A DNA stretch of 34,818 nucleotides from a virus (taxonomy: Duplodnaviria; Caudoviricetes): positions 1 to 34,818 of IMG/VR virus record IMGVR_UViG_3300032253_000024; one strand, given 5' to 3'. The translations under genes were made by a program, and so were the position numbers. Shown in pieces: positions 9,082 to 18,534 of the stretch. Below the pieces are notes generated by a model. It searched no databases, was not told where the DNA came from, and saw only the letters and a list, made by a program, of their open reading frames with translations. Positions within the stretch are counted from its first letter, which is position 1. Each line of letters starts with the position of its first letter.

Positions 9082-10398
9082 TTGAATATGCCTTTACCTA
9101 TTGATTATACAAGAGGTGTGAAAAGCCCTTTTGAAAAAGCAATCGCTGGCTTCACAGCTGGACAGAATGTCGCATTGAGACGTGAGCAGATGGCAGAACT
9201 CGGGCGTCAAAGAGATCAAGCCACTCGAATGCAGACTGATCTCACTGAGATGTCTATCAAACCAGGTGGAGCGACTGCTGATGATTACAAAAGTATGATG
9301 ATCAAATATCCTCAAATGTCACAGCACTTCAAATCAGGCTGGGATATTTTGAACAGTGAACAGCAGCAATCAACAAAGAAACACTCAATTAATGTATTTT
9401 CAGCACTACAGTCAAACAAACCTGAAGTTGCTAAGAATATACTGACAGAGAGAGCCATTGCTGCTCGTAATTCTGGCAGAGAAGAAGAAGCGAAAGCCGC
9501 TGAAGCAATGATCGGCATGGTGGACACTGATCCGAACATGGCGAAGACTGCTGTCGGTTTACAGTTATCATCAATCATGGGTAAGGATTTCACTAAACTT
9601 GCAGGCGCACCGCGTGTCAGAGCTTCAAAGATCCTTGATGACGGTACTCTGGTGCAATCAACAGACACAGGCATCAAAGTATTCGCGGTCACCGGTGAAG
9701 AGTTGACTGGTGATCTTGCTCAACAAGCGATTGAGAAAGCAGGTGTCACTGGTGTGAAGTTAGCTGGTGCGAAAGCTGGTGAAAAAGAGACTAAAAAACT
9801 TGAAGCACAACTCGGACTTAAACCCACCATCAAAGGCGCTGAAGAAGCTGCGAAATCATCAATTAAAATGGGTGAGAAAGCATATACTCAGTTGCAGGTT
9901 GCACGTCGCAGTATGCAAAACATTGACGATGCACTTGCTGCTCTTGATCAGGGTGCATCAACTGGTTACCTCCAGAAGTTTTTTCCTAATATCACAGCAG
10001 CCACGAATGAGCTGATTAATGCGCGCGCTCGAATGGGTCTCGATATCATTGCAGATGTGACTTTCGGTGCGTTATCAGAAAGTGAATTGAAATTCGCACT
10101 TGATACTGCGATGCCGACTCGACTCAGCCCTCCAGAACTGAAAGACTGGTTAAATCGTAAAAAAGCCGCTCAGGAAGTTGTCGCTGGTAAGCTTGAAGAT
10201 GCTGCAAAATATCTGTCAACACCTGGTAACAATTTAGCAGGGTGGATTGAGCTTCAACAACAAGCGAGACAACCTACTCCAGCAGAAGAGACACCAGTGG
10301 CACCAGCTATCACGCCACAGCCGGTCCCTGCTGTTGAGACTCCAGCGCCCGCTGCAACTGGTATCGATGCGTTATTGCAGAAATATGGTGGTAAATAA
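9082..10398 (+). CDS. Ejection / DNA transfer protein (P22 gp20-like)
   Basis: About 438 aa, helical, TFGALSESEL motif. Position between gp7-like and gp16-like genes; start may be the ATG at 9088. Confidence 0.7.
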   Translation: MNMPLPIDYTRGVKSPFEKAIAGFTAGQNVALRREQMAELGRQRDQATRMQTDLTEMSIKPGGATADDYKSMMIKYPQMSQHFKSGWDILNSEQQQSTKKHSINVFSALQSNKPEVAKNILTERAIAARNSGREEEAKAAEAMIGMVDTDPNMAKTAVGLQLSSIMGKDFTKLAGAPRVRASKILDDGTLVQSTDTGIKVFAVTGEELTGDLAQQAIEKAGVTGVKLAGAKAGEKETKKLEAQLGLKPTIKGAEEAAKSSIKMGEKAYTQLQVARRSMQNIDDALAALDQGASTGYLQKFFPNITAATNELINARARMGLDIIADVTFGALSESELKFALDTAMPTRLSPPELKDWLNRKKAAQEVVAGKLEDAAKYLSTPGNNLAGWIELQQQARQPTPAEETPVAPAITPQPVPAVETPAPAATGIDALLQKYGGK

Positions 10399-12656
10399 TG
10401 GCAACAATCCAACAACTTGAGACTGCTCTGGTCAATGCTGATCGCGCTGGTGATGTGCAAGCTGCAACTCAACTCGCTGCTGAGATCACACGACTACGCG
10501 GAGCAGGTGCCACTGAAATCACTCCACCAACCGCTCCAGCAGTCGCACCTGCTGCTGCAGAGCCTCGTTATCCTGATGTTCCATACTTTGGACCAGAAGG
10601 TGGCGTCGAATTCGCTGGTGAGCAACCTGTGACACCAGAACCTGATCGTGACGTCGGTGAAGTGATCACTGGTGTCGGTGAGGCTGGACTTTCAATGGTC
10701 ACTGGTGTGACTGGTGGTACTGCTGGGATGGTTTACGGTACGTTTAAAGGTCTGGCTGATGCGATTCGCTCAGGTAAGTACGGCACTGCTGAAGGTGCTG
10801 ACATGGTTGAGAAAGCTGCTCTGGACATGATGCAGCAATTGACCTATCAACCACGCACTGAAGCCGGTGCTGAGTACACTCGCGCTGTCGGTGAGGTATT
10901 AGAAGAGACAATCCCGGTCATGCCACTCACTGCTGAGATGGCTGCTATTAGCCAAGCAACAAGAGCGGCTGCACCGATCGCTGGTGCTGTGGTACGTCGA
11001 ACACGCGCACCAGGTGAAGTTCCTGAAGCGCCTCAACCTCGTGTTGAGCCAACCATGGGCGCTGCTGTAGAACGTCCGATAGTTGAGCCACCGATCACCC
11101 CTGAGAGACCTGCAATGCCACCGGTGGCTGAAACTCCACAGGATGTTGGTGCTTTGATCAATAAGGCTGCGAAGGGCGGTATGGGTGCAGCGAAAGCACA
11201 GGATGAACTGGCCACTGCTGCTCGTGTGAACCCTGAAGCGAAACTGGCTGCTGATAATCTCGGTATTGATTTACCGGCTGATGTCCTGAGTGATAGTCAG
11301 ATGATCCGTGAAGCCGCTGGTCTGACTCGATCTGTTGCCGGTTCTGAAGCCTCTGCTGCATGGCGCGAGAATATCATTAAATGGTCTGATCAAGCTGATG
11401 AGACGATTCGCACGCTCGATGCCAGCCCGGACATGGCCACTGTGTCACATGATGTACTGTCCGGTCTCGGTAAGACTCAATCAGAGCTGGGTAAGCAGGC
11501 GCGTGAAATTTACAACAAAGTTGATGCTGTGGTGCCAAAGACTGAGAACGTCGATCTGGCGAACTTACGGTCAACTATGGACACCATCATCAGTGAAGTC
11601 GGTGAGAAGGGTCTCACCACGCAAGAAAAAGCACTGATGAAGATGATGGATGAAGGTAATATCACATATGGTCGCATGTTGCGTGAGAAATCACTCATCG
11701 GTAAGGCTCTGGAACAGAAAGACTCACCGTATGGGAACATGGATGCTGGCTCATTAAAACGTCTATACGGTGCTCTGAAAGAGGATCAGCTTTATAACGT
11801 GGAACAACTTGCTGGATCTGAGTTGCGTGATAATTTGCGTCTGGCAAATCAGATCACAGCTAAAAAGAAAGCACTGGAAAAACGTATCATCAACGCTTTT
11901 GGTCAGGAGTCTGACGGTAGTATCGCAGGGTTATTGCGACGTTCTGTCCAGGCTGGAGCGAAAGGTGATATCGCGCCTCTGAACAAATTACTCAAGGTCA
12001 TCCCGGAAGATCTGAAAAAAGAAGCCATCGCAACAGCTTTGATGTCAACAACTCGCGCTGCAGGTGGTCTGACCACAGGTGGATTCGGATTCGCTGAATT
12101 TGCGAAAACATATCGCGGTCTGCGTCAGAATGCACCGATTTACAATAAAGTTGTCGAGATTCTGGGAAAAGACATCGGCAAGGATACAGCTCATCAGCTG
12201 TTGAATAATCTCTACACGGTGTCAAAACGTGTCACCGATGCCAGAGCGAATGTACTGACCACGGGTAAAGCTAACCAGGCGCTGGTTGAAGCGATGCGTG
12301 CTGAGGGACTGATGAGTAAAGTTCTGGAGTCAACAACAGGGCGTGCAGCAACCACGGGAGCTGCTGCTGTTAGTGCTGGACCCATTGGTGCAGGTTTGGC
12401 CAGTGGTCTGATGCATGTCATCACCACTGCGAAAAAAGATCCGATCAAAGCCGCTGGTAACTTATTCAAAAGTGATGAATTCAACCAGCTTGCGAAAGAA
12501 TCAGCAACAAAAACAACAGTGAGTCCGAAAACTGTGAAACGGTTCACAAATAGCCCAGCATTCAAACGATGGCAGAAAGCTGCTAATATCGTCATTGATA
12601 ACCCTGAACTATGGGTCATGCAGTCAATGCAGATGCAGCAACAGGAGACTGAATAA
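10398..12656 (+). CDS. Large ejection / DNA transfer protein (P22 gp16-like)
   Basis: 752 aa, helical and Ala-rich, N-terminal ALVNADRAGDVQAATQLA motif. TAATG-coupled; precedes the tailspike. Confidence 0.72.
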   Translation: MATIQQLETALVNADRAGDVQAATQLAAEITRLRGAGATEITPPTAPAVAPAAAEPRYPDVPYFGPEGGVEFAGEQPVTPEPDRDVGEVITGVGEAGLSMVTGVTGGTAGMVYGTFKGLADAIRSGKYGTAEGADMVEKAALDMMQQLTYQPRTEAGAEYTRAVGEVLEETIPVMPLTAEMAAISQATRAAAPIAGAVVRRTRAPGEVPEAPQPRVEPTMGAAVERPIVEPPITPERPAMPPVAETPQDVGALINKAAKGGMGAAKAQDELATAARVNPEAKLAADNLGIDLPADVLSDSQMIREAAGLTRSVAGSEASAAWRENIIKWSDQADETIRTLDASPDMATVSHDVLSGLGKTQSELGKQAREIYNKVDAVVPKTENVDLANLRSTMDTIISEVGEKGLTTQEKALMKMMDEGNITYGRMLREKSLIGKALEQKDSPYGNMDAGSLKRLYGALKEDQLYNVEQLAGSELRDNLRLANQITAKKKALEKRIINAFGQESDGSIAGLLRRSVQAGAKGDIAPLNKLLKVIPEDLKKEAIATALMSTTRAAGGLTTGGFGFAEFAKTYRGLRQNAPIYNKVVEILGKDIGKDTAHQLLNNLYTVSKRVTDARANVLTTGKANQALVEAMRAEGLMSKVLESTTGRAATTGAAAVSAGPIGAGLASGLMHVITTAKKDPIKAAGNLFKSDEFNQLAKESATKTTVSPKTVKRFTNSPAFKRWQKAANIVIDNPELWVMQSMQMQQQETE

Positions 12657-14740
12657 TGTTCCCGACAGAAGCACCTTATCCGATTTTTTCTGATCTTAAA
12701 GGGAGCCCATTAGACAATGGATATCTTTATTTCGGTGAAGCGAATAAAAACCCTGAAACTGATCCTATAGACATTTACTGGGACGCTGCAGGTACTATTC
12801 CAGCAGCACAACCGGTGAGGACTAATGGTGGTTATCCTGCAAGAAACGGAACACCTGCGAAGGTTTATGTCGCGGGGGATTATTCACTCACGTCTCGTGA
12901 TAAGAACGGGAAATTCGTCTATTCATCGCTTTCTGAGAGCTTTGTCAATGCACTAGCGTCATCATCAGGTGCTTCATTCATTGGTATTCTCGATGCTGCT
13001 GATCTTTATACAGCGACCACTGTCGAAGGTGCTCTCGCTGAGATAGCCAGTTCTGTAGTGTATGACATTGATAACATCGCAGCATTGAAATTGTATGAAG
13101 GTCTGTATGAAGGTCAGCAGATCAGCCTGAAAGGATATTATTCTGATAATGACGGTGGTGGTGATCTATTTTACTGGGATTCAACAAGCATAGAGACTGC
13201 TAATGACGGCACCATTGTCAAAGTGACTGCAGTCACCACGGGACGCTGGAAACGAATCTATATCGGTGACATCTATCCTGAATGGTTTGGTGCGAAAGGT
13301 GACAAAGTAACCGATGACACGACTGCAATCCAGGCTGCACTCGATCTGTTTGCTACACCACTTGGTGGTGTAGTCAGGCTCAATCCTGCTCGAAAATATG
13401 TAGTGACTTCCCTGAATATCCCAGTAAATGTCAGCTTATTGGGTACATCGAGACTGCTCAACCAGGATGAAGGTTCTGTCTATGGCTATGATGAATGGTT
13501 CGGTGGTTTATTGTTTGTATCTGGCACCATTACAATGGATCACGGTTCCATTGTCGGACAGTGCGCGATATTAGAAACACAGTTGAATGGTTACACCATC
13601 CCAGCGACTGATGGTGCAGCGAATGCACTGGTCGCTGCTTTCACCGGTACAGCCATCACGATCACAGGAACAGGAACACGAACTCATGATCTGCTGATCT
13701 TAGGTTTTGATTATGCGATTGTTGACAGTGGTAATCGTCACCGCGTCGAATCTGTTCACTTTGATTGCACTAACGGTATCACCCTCGGTGGTGGTTCTGA
13801 TGTATCCAGGGTGAAAGATTGTCATGGCTGGCCATATCTGACAGCTGAACTTGGTCTATCAATTTCAGTGAACTATCGCAGTGGTGTTGCCTATCTTCAG
13901 CAGAACAATGCTGACTCATACTTGCATTTTGCTTGTTACTGTTTTGGTTATGAAGTTGGATTCAGAACGCTTGGCGCCTCTGGTAATGTCGTGCAATCAC
14001 CGAACTATATCAACTGTCGAGCTGATAGTGGCGCCATTGGTGCATCGGGTACTTCTATCGGTTTTGATATCGGTGCGTTTACTGCATACCCTGAATTAAT
14101 AAACCCAGAAGCACAGGGTAATGACATCAACTTCAAGAACAGCACTCAGGGTGCTGATATCGGTGGTGGTGAGCGACTTAATCGAACATTAGTGACCGGT
14201 GGTAAATTCCTGGAAGCACATGATCGATTCTGTGTCATTGACAACGGTCGTGTGTCGTTCATGGGTACAACATTCGGCAAAGGCTCAACCAGTACAGCTG
14301 TCTTTGACTGGAATACCGCTGACGGTGGTAGCATCATCAGTTGTGACTTTGAAGAGATGTACTCAGCGTCTGGTGCAGGTCTGGTATTCGATCCAGCAAA
14401 CACCACTGTATCGGCTAATGTGAAGCGCTTCTCAAACTTCCAGAAAACAACCATACACGCTGATAACAGGATGCGTGACACTGCTGCATCATCTGAAGAA
14501 CGTGGTGTCGCTGTTAGTATTTCACCAGATGCAAATGGTGAGTATTTAATCCCTCACAACCTCGGTAAGACACCGGTATATGCTGAAGCACACATCCGTG
14601 GTGATATCACCACAACTGCTGTCGATGTGATCAGTGTTGATGGTACGAACATCAAGATCAGATTCTGGTTGAAAGGGTCAGGTGCTGATCAAACTACTGG
14701 TTCATATTCTGTTTACTGGAAGGTGGAAGATGACGATTAA
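12656..14740 (+). CDS. Tailspike / receptor-binding protein (head-binding domain plus beta-helix)
   Basis: N-terminal P22-like head-binding segment (PLDNGYLYFGEANKNPET...AQPVRT), GYYSDNDGGGDLFYWD domain, and FGAKGDKVTDDTTAIQAA pectate-lyase-like beta-helix start. Confidence 0.88.
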   Translation: MFPTEAPYPIFSDLKGSPLDNGYLYFGEANKNPETDPIDIYWDAAGTIPAAQPVRTNGGYPARNGTPAKVYVAGDYSLTSRDKNGKFVYSSLSESFVNALASSSGASFIGILDAADLYTATTVEGALAEIASSVVYDIDNIAALKLYEGLYEGQQISLKGYYSDNDGGGDLFYWDSTSIETANDGTIVKVTAVTTGRWKRIYIGDIYPEWFGAKGDKVTDDTTAIQAALDLFATPLGGVVRLNPARKYVVTSLNIPVNVSLLGTSRLLNQDEGSVYGYDEWFGGLLFVSGTITMDHGSIVGQCAILETQLNGYTIPATDGAANALVAAFTGTAITITGTGTRTHDLLILGFDYAIVDSGNRHRVESVHFDCTNGITLGGGSDVSRVKDCHGWPYLTAELGLSISVNYRSGVAYLQQNNADSYLHFACYCFGYEVGFRTLGASGNVVQSPNYINCRADSGAIGASGTSIGFDIGAFTAYPELINPEAQGNDINFKNSTQGADIGGGERLNRTLVTGGKFLEAHDRFCVIDNGRVSFMGTTFGKGSTSTAVFDWNTADGGSIISCDFEEMYSASGAGLVFDPANTTVSANVKRFSNFQKTTIHADNRMRDTAASSEERGVAVSISPDANGEYLIPHNLGKTPVYAEAHIRGDITTTAVDVISVDGTNIKIRFWLKGSGADQTTGSYSVYWKVEDDD

Positions 14741-14873
14741 TACAGAAGATGATTTGATCGAACACGACTGTCCAGTGGAGGGTTGCATCATGATTGAAAA
14801 AGGAAAATCATGTAATTGGTGTGATGAAATAGTTGAACAATCTGAAGATGAAACCGATGTTTGCACTAAGTGA
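14730..14873 (+). CDS. Small acidic Cys-rich protein, 47 aa
   Basis: MTINTEDDLIEHDCPVEGCIMIEKGKSCNWCDE... Preceded by GGAAGGTGG; fills the gap between tailspike and endolysin. Confidence 0.5.
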   Translation: MTINTEDDLIEHDCPVEGCIMIEKGKSCNWCDEIVEQSEDETDVCTK

Positions 14874-15258
14874 AAGATCAAAACAACGACGTGAAGGTGT
14901 GGATCACCGTCTGATCGAGATCAGTGACCGGGCAATCGAGATCACAGTTTTTGATTTCGGCATCCCTGCTGACGGTGGTGTTCGCACCGCTCAACGACAG
15001 AGTGAGCTTTTTAAACGTGGTAAATCTAAAGCAGATGGTTACAAAAATAAAAGCAATCATCAGCCAGCTGAAGATGGGTATGGAAAAGCTCTTGATTTCT
15101 ATGCTTATGTTGATGGCAAGGCGAGCTGGGATCTGTATCATTTGGCAATGGTGGCAGCTGCATTTTTGCAGGCTGCTTCTGAATTAGGGTATGAATTAGA
15201 ATGGGGTGGTCTGTGGAAAAACTTCAGAGATATGCCTCATGTTCAAATAATCGACTGA
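14848..15258 (+). CDS. Endolysin, M15 family L-Ala-D-Glu peptidase (T5-like)
   Basis: GGVRTAQRQ, SNH...ALD and WGGLW...DMPHVQ zinc-peptidase motifs. Start may be 14848 or 14857. Confidence 0.9.
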   Translation: MKPMFALSERSKQRREGVDHRLIEISDRAIEITVFDFGIPADGGVRTAQRQSELFKRGKSKADGYKNKSNHQPAEDGYGKALDFYAYVDGKASWDLYHLAMVAAAFLQAASELGYELEWGGLWKNFRDMPHVQIID

Positions 15259-15269
15259 AGGGGTAAGTC

Positions 15270-15680
15270 GTGGGTGAAGTAGAGCATGAAAGACGGGCAA
15301 GTGAGAAACCGGTGTACACTCAAGCACACATGCAGATCATAAAAGATCTCGCTGAATTGGGTACTAAACAAGCCCTACAGCTCAAAGCTTTTGAAGATCA
15401 TAAAAAGGAAGACTCTGATCATTTTGATCGACTGTATGACGCTGACAAACAGATTCTCGACGCTGTTTCTCATATTCCAGAGAACATGATGAAATGTCGA
15501 GATAAATTGAAAGATGACATTATGGATGATGTGGAGAAGAACTTCGTGAGTGCAACAGAATTCAAAATATTACGGACCAAGATCACCTGGTCAATTATCA
15601 CCGTGACAGCTCTCGGTTCTGTAGTCACCACGGTTCTGACGTCACTCGTTTTGATTAGCAAATTGAATGGTGGTCCATGA
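15270..15680 (+). CDS. Membrane-anchored lysis-region protein (holin/antiholin candidate)
   Basis: Soluble coiled-coil N-terminus and a single C-terminal hydrophobic helix. Lies within the lysis cassette. Confidence 0.55.
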   Translation: MGEVEHERRASEKPVYTQAHMQIIKDLAELGTKQALQLKAFEDHKKEDSDHFDRLYDADKQILDAVSHIPENMMKCRDKLKDDIMDDVEKNFVSATEFKILRTKITWSIITVTALGSVVTTVLTSLVLISKLNGGP

Positions 15681-16033
15681 TGGAAGAGTATCTATTGATA
15701 TTGAATAAGTTATTCACACCACAGCAGCAGACTGCTCTGCTCATCATCACCATCGGTGTCATGAGTCTCACCCAGGCATTCAAAAATATTTACTTTGGTT
15801 TGTTTCCTGTCACCGGTAAAGCACGCAGAAAAGCAATTTTGTGGCTTGCTGCGTTCAGTTTCGGTGTCAGTGGTGGTTATATCGGATATGTTGCTGGTAT
15901 ACCGCCACAGCCGCTCTGGTTCTGGATATTCTGTGGTGTTTCAGCTGGTGGGCTGGCTATCGGTGCATTCCAGTTATTAATCGGTATCATCTGGCCACGA
16001 TTGCAGAATATTGGAAAGAAACCAAGTGCATAG
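15677..16033 (+). CDS. Putative holin (three TM helices)
   Basis: 118 aa, three hydrophobic segments and a basic C-terminus. Lies between endolysin and spanins. Confidence 0.65.
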   Translation: MMEEYLLILNKLFTPQQQTALLIITIGVMSLTQAFKNIYFGLFPVTGKARRKAILWLAAFSFGVSGGYIGYVAGIPPQPLWFWIFCGVSAGGLAIGAFQLLIGIIWPRLQNIGKKPSA

Positions 16034-16313
16034 AATCATTTTATTTATTTGTGTTATCGGATTTTTAGCTTTCACACACTGGAAAGCATACGATGCTGGA
16101 ATGGACGTGCAAGCAGGCATTGAAGCTCAGGCGCGTCAGGATCTGATCACTCAGCAGCGTGAGAAAGTGAAAATCGTCTATAAAGAAAAAATCAAAATCG
16201 AGGTGAAATATCGTGATCGAGTCAAAACTATCTATCAAACTGTTGATCCTACCGGTTGCCTTGATCGCACTCTCGGTGATGTCGGGCTGCTGTCCACCAC
16301 CTCAGATAATTAA
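16026..16313 (+). CDS. Rz: Inner-membrane spanin (Rz-like)
   Basis: N-terminal TM (IILFICVIGFLAF), helical body and C-terminal Cys (DPTGCLD). GTG at 16026 is in frame with the ORF-track call. Confidence 0.72.
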   Translation: MHRIILFICVIGFLAFTHWKAYDAGMDVQAGIEAQARQDLITQQREKVKIVYKEKIKIEVKYRDRVKTIYQTVDPTGCLDRTLGDVGLLSTTSDN

Positions 16314-16458
16314 ACCAGATCCAGCACTACTTGAACCGGCTCAAAAGAATCAACTCACAGCAGACAATACGCTTCGTGATCTTGCTGTTGAAAATGCATT
16401 CAGAGGTAAAGAGATCGACCGTGTTAATCTGAATCTGAAGGCTCTTTCGACTGACTGA
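16213..16458 (+). CDS. Rz1: Outer-membrane spanin lipoprotein (Rz1-like)
   Basis: Signal peptide with lipobox MSG-C followed by a Pro-rich stretch (CPPPQIIKPDP). Overlaps the i-spanin in another frame. Confidence 0.78.
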   Translation: MIESKLSIKLLILPVALIALSVMSGCCPPPQIIKPDPALLEPAQKNQLTADNTLRDLAVENAFRGKEIDRVNLNLKALSTD

Positions 16459-16783
16459 CGTGTTGCTCCAGTATCAATCCCATGTGGTGAATGACGCTGT
16501 GAGCCTCACGCCCTGATCCATCCGGGATGATATATTTTCCGTTTGGATCAAAAGTATCCTTCATGTCTTCGATGATTTCTTCAATCGGTGCGCCTCGTGA
16601 CATCTGACGCGAATAAGCCGTCATCAGTGCAGTCACCCACTGAAAACTGTTCATCTCTTTGCTGTTCACGAAAAATGCTTCAGGCTCATTGTCACCCACT
16701 ATCGTGAAATAGATCGCATACTCACTGATGTCAGGTGCTCTGAGTTTATAAGTTTTACTTGGTGCTGGTTGATCGGTATCCAT
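16424..16783 (-). CDS. Stand-alone NrdJb-like / TSCPD domain protein (class II ribonucleotide reductase fragment), 119 aa
   Basis: TYKLR...YAIYFTI...FVNSKEMNSFQWVTAL...DMKDTFDPNGKY...SVIHHMGLILEQH parallels NrdJb as I recall it (TYKIK..HALYITI..FINSKNMEHFQWIVAL..VFDPKGGY). Contains no cysteines. Confidence 0.7.
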   Translation of the reverse strand: MDTDQPAPSKTYKLRAPDISEYAIYFTIVGDNEPEAFFVNSKEMNSFQWVTALMTAYSRQMSRGAPIEEIIEDMKDTFDPNGKYIIPDGSGREAHSVIHHMGLILEQHVSQSKEPSDSD

Positions 16784-16934
16784 TTGATTTTTTCTCTGTA
16801 TAAAATAACGGTTTTTGACCTGCATCAAGATGCCAGGGGATCTCCAGATGACAATCCGTGCAGACTTTCTTGTCGTGGGTCCTAATCTGCACCAGGTGGG
16901 TGTTACCACAGTTCGGACATTCTTTCGTGGTCAT
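16755..16934 (-). CDS. Zn-ribbon protein, 59 aa (not in ORF track)
   Basis: MTTKECPNCGNTHLVQIRTHDKKVCTDCHLEIPW... with a CxxC-x15-CxxC pattern. TAATG-coupled to the upstream ORF. Confidence 0.72.
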   Translation of the reverse strand: MTTKECPNCGNTHLVQIRTHDKKVCTDCHLEIPWHLDAGQKPLFYTEKKSNGYRSTSTK

Positions 16935-17032
16935 TATTTTTTACTTTCTCGCAGTATTTCAATGATCCACTGTTTCAGATCATCACGCCAAGCCCATAAA
17001 ATAAATAAGGTTAGTAATAATTCACCACCCAT
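16934..17032 (-). CDS. Small hydrophobic peptide, 32 aa (not in ORF track)
   Basis: MGGELLLTLFILWAWRDDLKQWIIEILRESKK. GAGGTG SD; stop overlaps the next start. Confidence 0.6.
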   Translation of the reverse strand: MGGELLLTLFILWAWRDDLKQWIIEILRESKK

Positions 17033-17040
17033 GTCACACC

Positions 17041-18534
17041 TCAATAGAAATTCACTTCAAGTTCATTGGTGGTCACACCGTCACGGTATCGCTGCAGCGC
17101 TGACTTCAATCCATCCTGGTCATCGGTTTTGCGTTCAATTGCATCAGCCACAGCCAGATCCACGGTATCACGACATAAAATCCTGATGATCGATACAACG
17201 TGACGCTGACCTTGACGATCCAGACGTCCACACATCTGCTCGTATAATTCCAGTGACCAGTTCATGCCGAACCAGACCAGAATGCTTCCTGAGTCCTGCA
17301 GACCGTCGACACCGTGGCCCATTGAAGCCGGGTGACCGATCAGCAGTTTGATTTTCCCATTGTTCCAGTCATTGATGACTTTCTCAGTCTGGCTCGATTT
17401 TGTCTCGGTCAGGTTCACTGGCTTATATTTCTTGAATTTCTTCATGATCCGAGCTGCATCAGATTTGTATGTGTAGCTGCACAGCACTGGTGAACCAGCA
17501 GCCTCTTCGAGCACTTCTTCGAGTGCATCGAGTTTCGCATCATGTACAGCTTCAAATTCTTTCGAGTCACCCAGATACGGTGATCCATTGCAGAACTGCA
17601 GACATTTATTCGAGACACTGGAGCGACTGAAGACTTCAATCTCTTGACCATTATCGAGCTGAGTGAACATGTCTTTCTCAACTTCTGCATAGGCTTTTCG
17701 CACCTTTGCAGGCAGATCGACCATCATGTTCACGACTTTCGCTTCAGGCATGTCCAGGTAATCTTTCGCATCCATTTTCTTTGTGATGTCGCTGATCTTC
17801 TTCTCGATCCATTCCTTGCCGATCTCAGTCGGTACATAGGACCAGCCCATGTAGTCGCTCTGAAAGTAATTATTGCGATAATGGGTCACGAACTCACCCA
17901 GACGCTCACCACCGTCAACGGCTAAATACTGGCCGAATAGATCTATGTATCCATTGGATGCAGGTGTCCCGGTGAGACCAGTTCGATATTGGAAGTGCTT
18001 CAGGATCTTACGCCACCCAGTGACACGGATCTCGTGAACCCGGTTGAACTTGTCTTTTCGATCCCGTTTCCCACCAGCGACTCGAAGTGACGTGCTGTTT
18101 TTGAGTTTCGAGACTTCATCATAGACAACCATCTGGAACGGGAGCAGCTTATTCTGACTCAGATAGTAATGATCCAGGGTCTCAGCTAACCAGTTCATGT
18201 TCTCATAATTGATCAGGAACACGTCAGCATCAGCGAATAATGCTCTCAGGCGCTTCTCTTTGGTCCCATGCACGACGCTGAACCTCAGATGTTTCGTATG
18301 GGACCACTTTCGTGCTTCACGCGCCCAGACAGCCTGTATGACTCGCAGTGGACCAAAGATCAATGTCTTCTGCACCTGACCTGCACGCATCCGATCAACC
18401 ATGGTGGTGAGTGTGATCGGTGTCTTACCGAGACCCATCTGAAGCCAGAGCATCGAGTCATCGTGGTACAGCTGATGCAGGACACATTCACGCTGGTAGT
18501 CGTGCAGGTGTTGTGGGGTTAAGAGGTCAGTCAT
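17041..18534 (-). CDS. SNF2-family DNA helicase
   Basis: Walker A MGLGKT, VVYDEVS, LTGTP, HPASMGHGVDGLQ and GRLDRQGQ motifs. Confidence 0.93.
   Translation of the reverse strand: MTDLLTPQHLHDYQRECVLHQLYHDDSMLWLQMGLGKTPITLTTMVDRMRAGQVQKTLIFGPLRVIQAVWAREARKWSHTKHLRFSVVHGTKEKRLRALFADADVFLINYENMNWLAETLDHYYLSQNKLLPFQMVVYDEVSKLKNSTSLRVAGGKRDRKDKFNRVHEIRVTGWRKILKHFQYRTGLTGTPASNGYIDLFGQYLAVDGGERLGEFVTHYRNNYFQSDYMGWSYVPTEIGKEWIEKKISDITKKMDAKDYLDMPEAKVVNMMVDLPAKVRKAYAEVEKDMFTQLDNGQEIEVFSRSSVSNKCLQFCNGSPYLGDSKEFEAVHDAKLDALEEVLEEAAGSPVLCSYTYKSDAARIMKKFKKYKPVNLTETKSSQTEKVINDWNNGKIKLLIGHPASMGHGVDGLQDSGSILVWFGMNWSLELYEQMCGRLDRQGQRHVVSIIRILCRDTVDLAVADAIERKTDDQDGLKSALQRYRDGVTTNELEVNFY

Noticed and set aside
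12656-14740. Diversity-generating retroelement or invertible tail cassette
   Set aside because: No reverse transcriptase or invertase gene, and I saw no template/variable repeat pair.
16784-16909. Longer N-terminus of the NrdJb-like ORF as given in the track
   Set aside because: This stretch is better explained by the Zn-ribbon ORF in another frame; NrdJb-like similarity begins after Met 16783.
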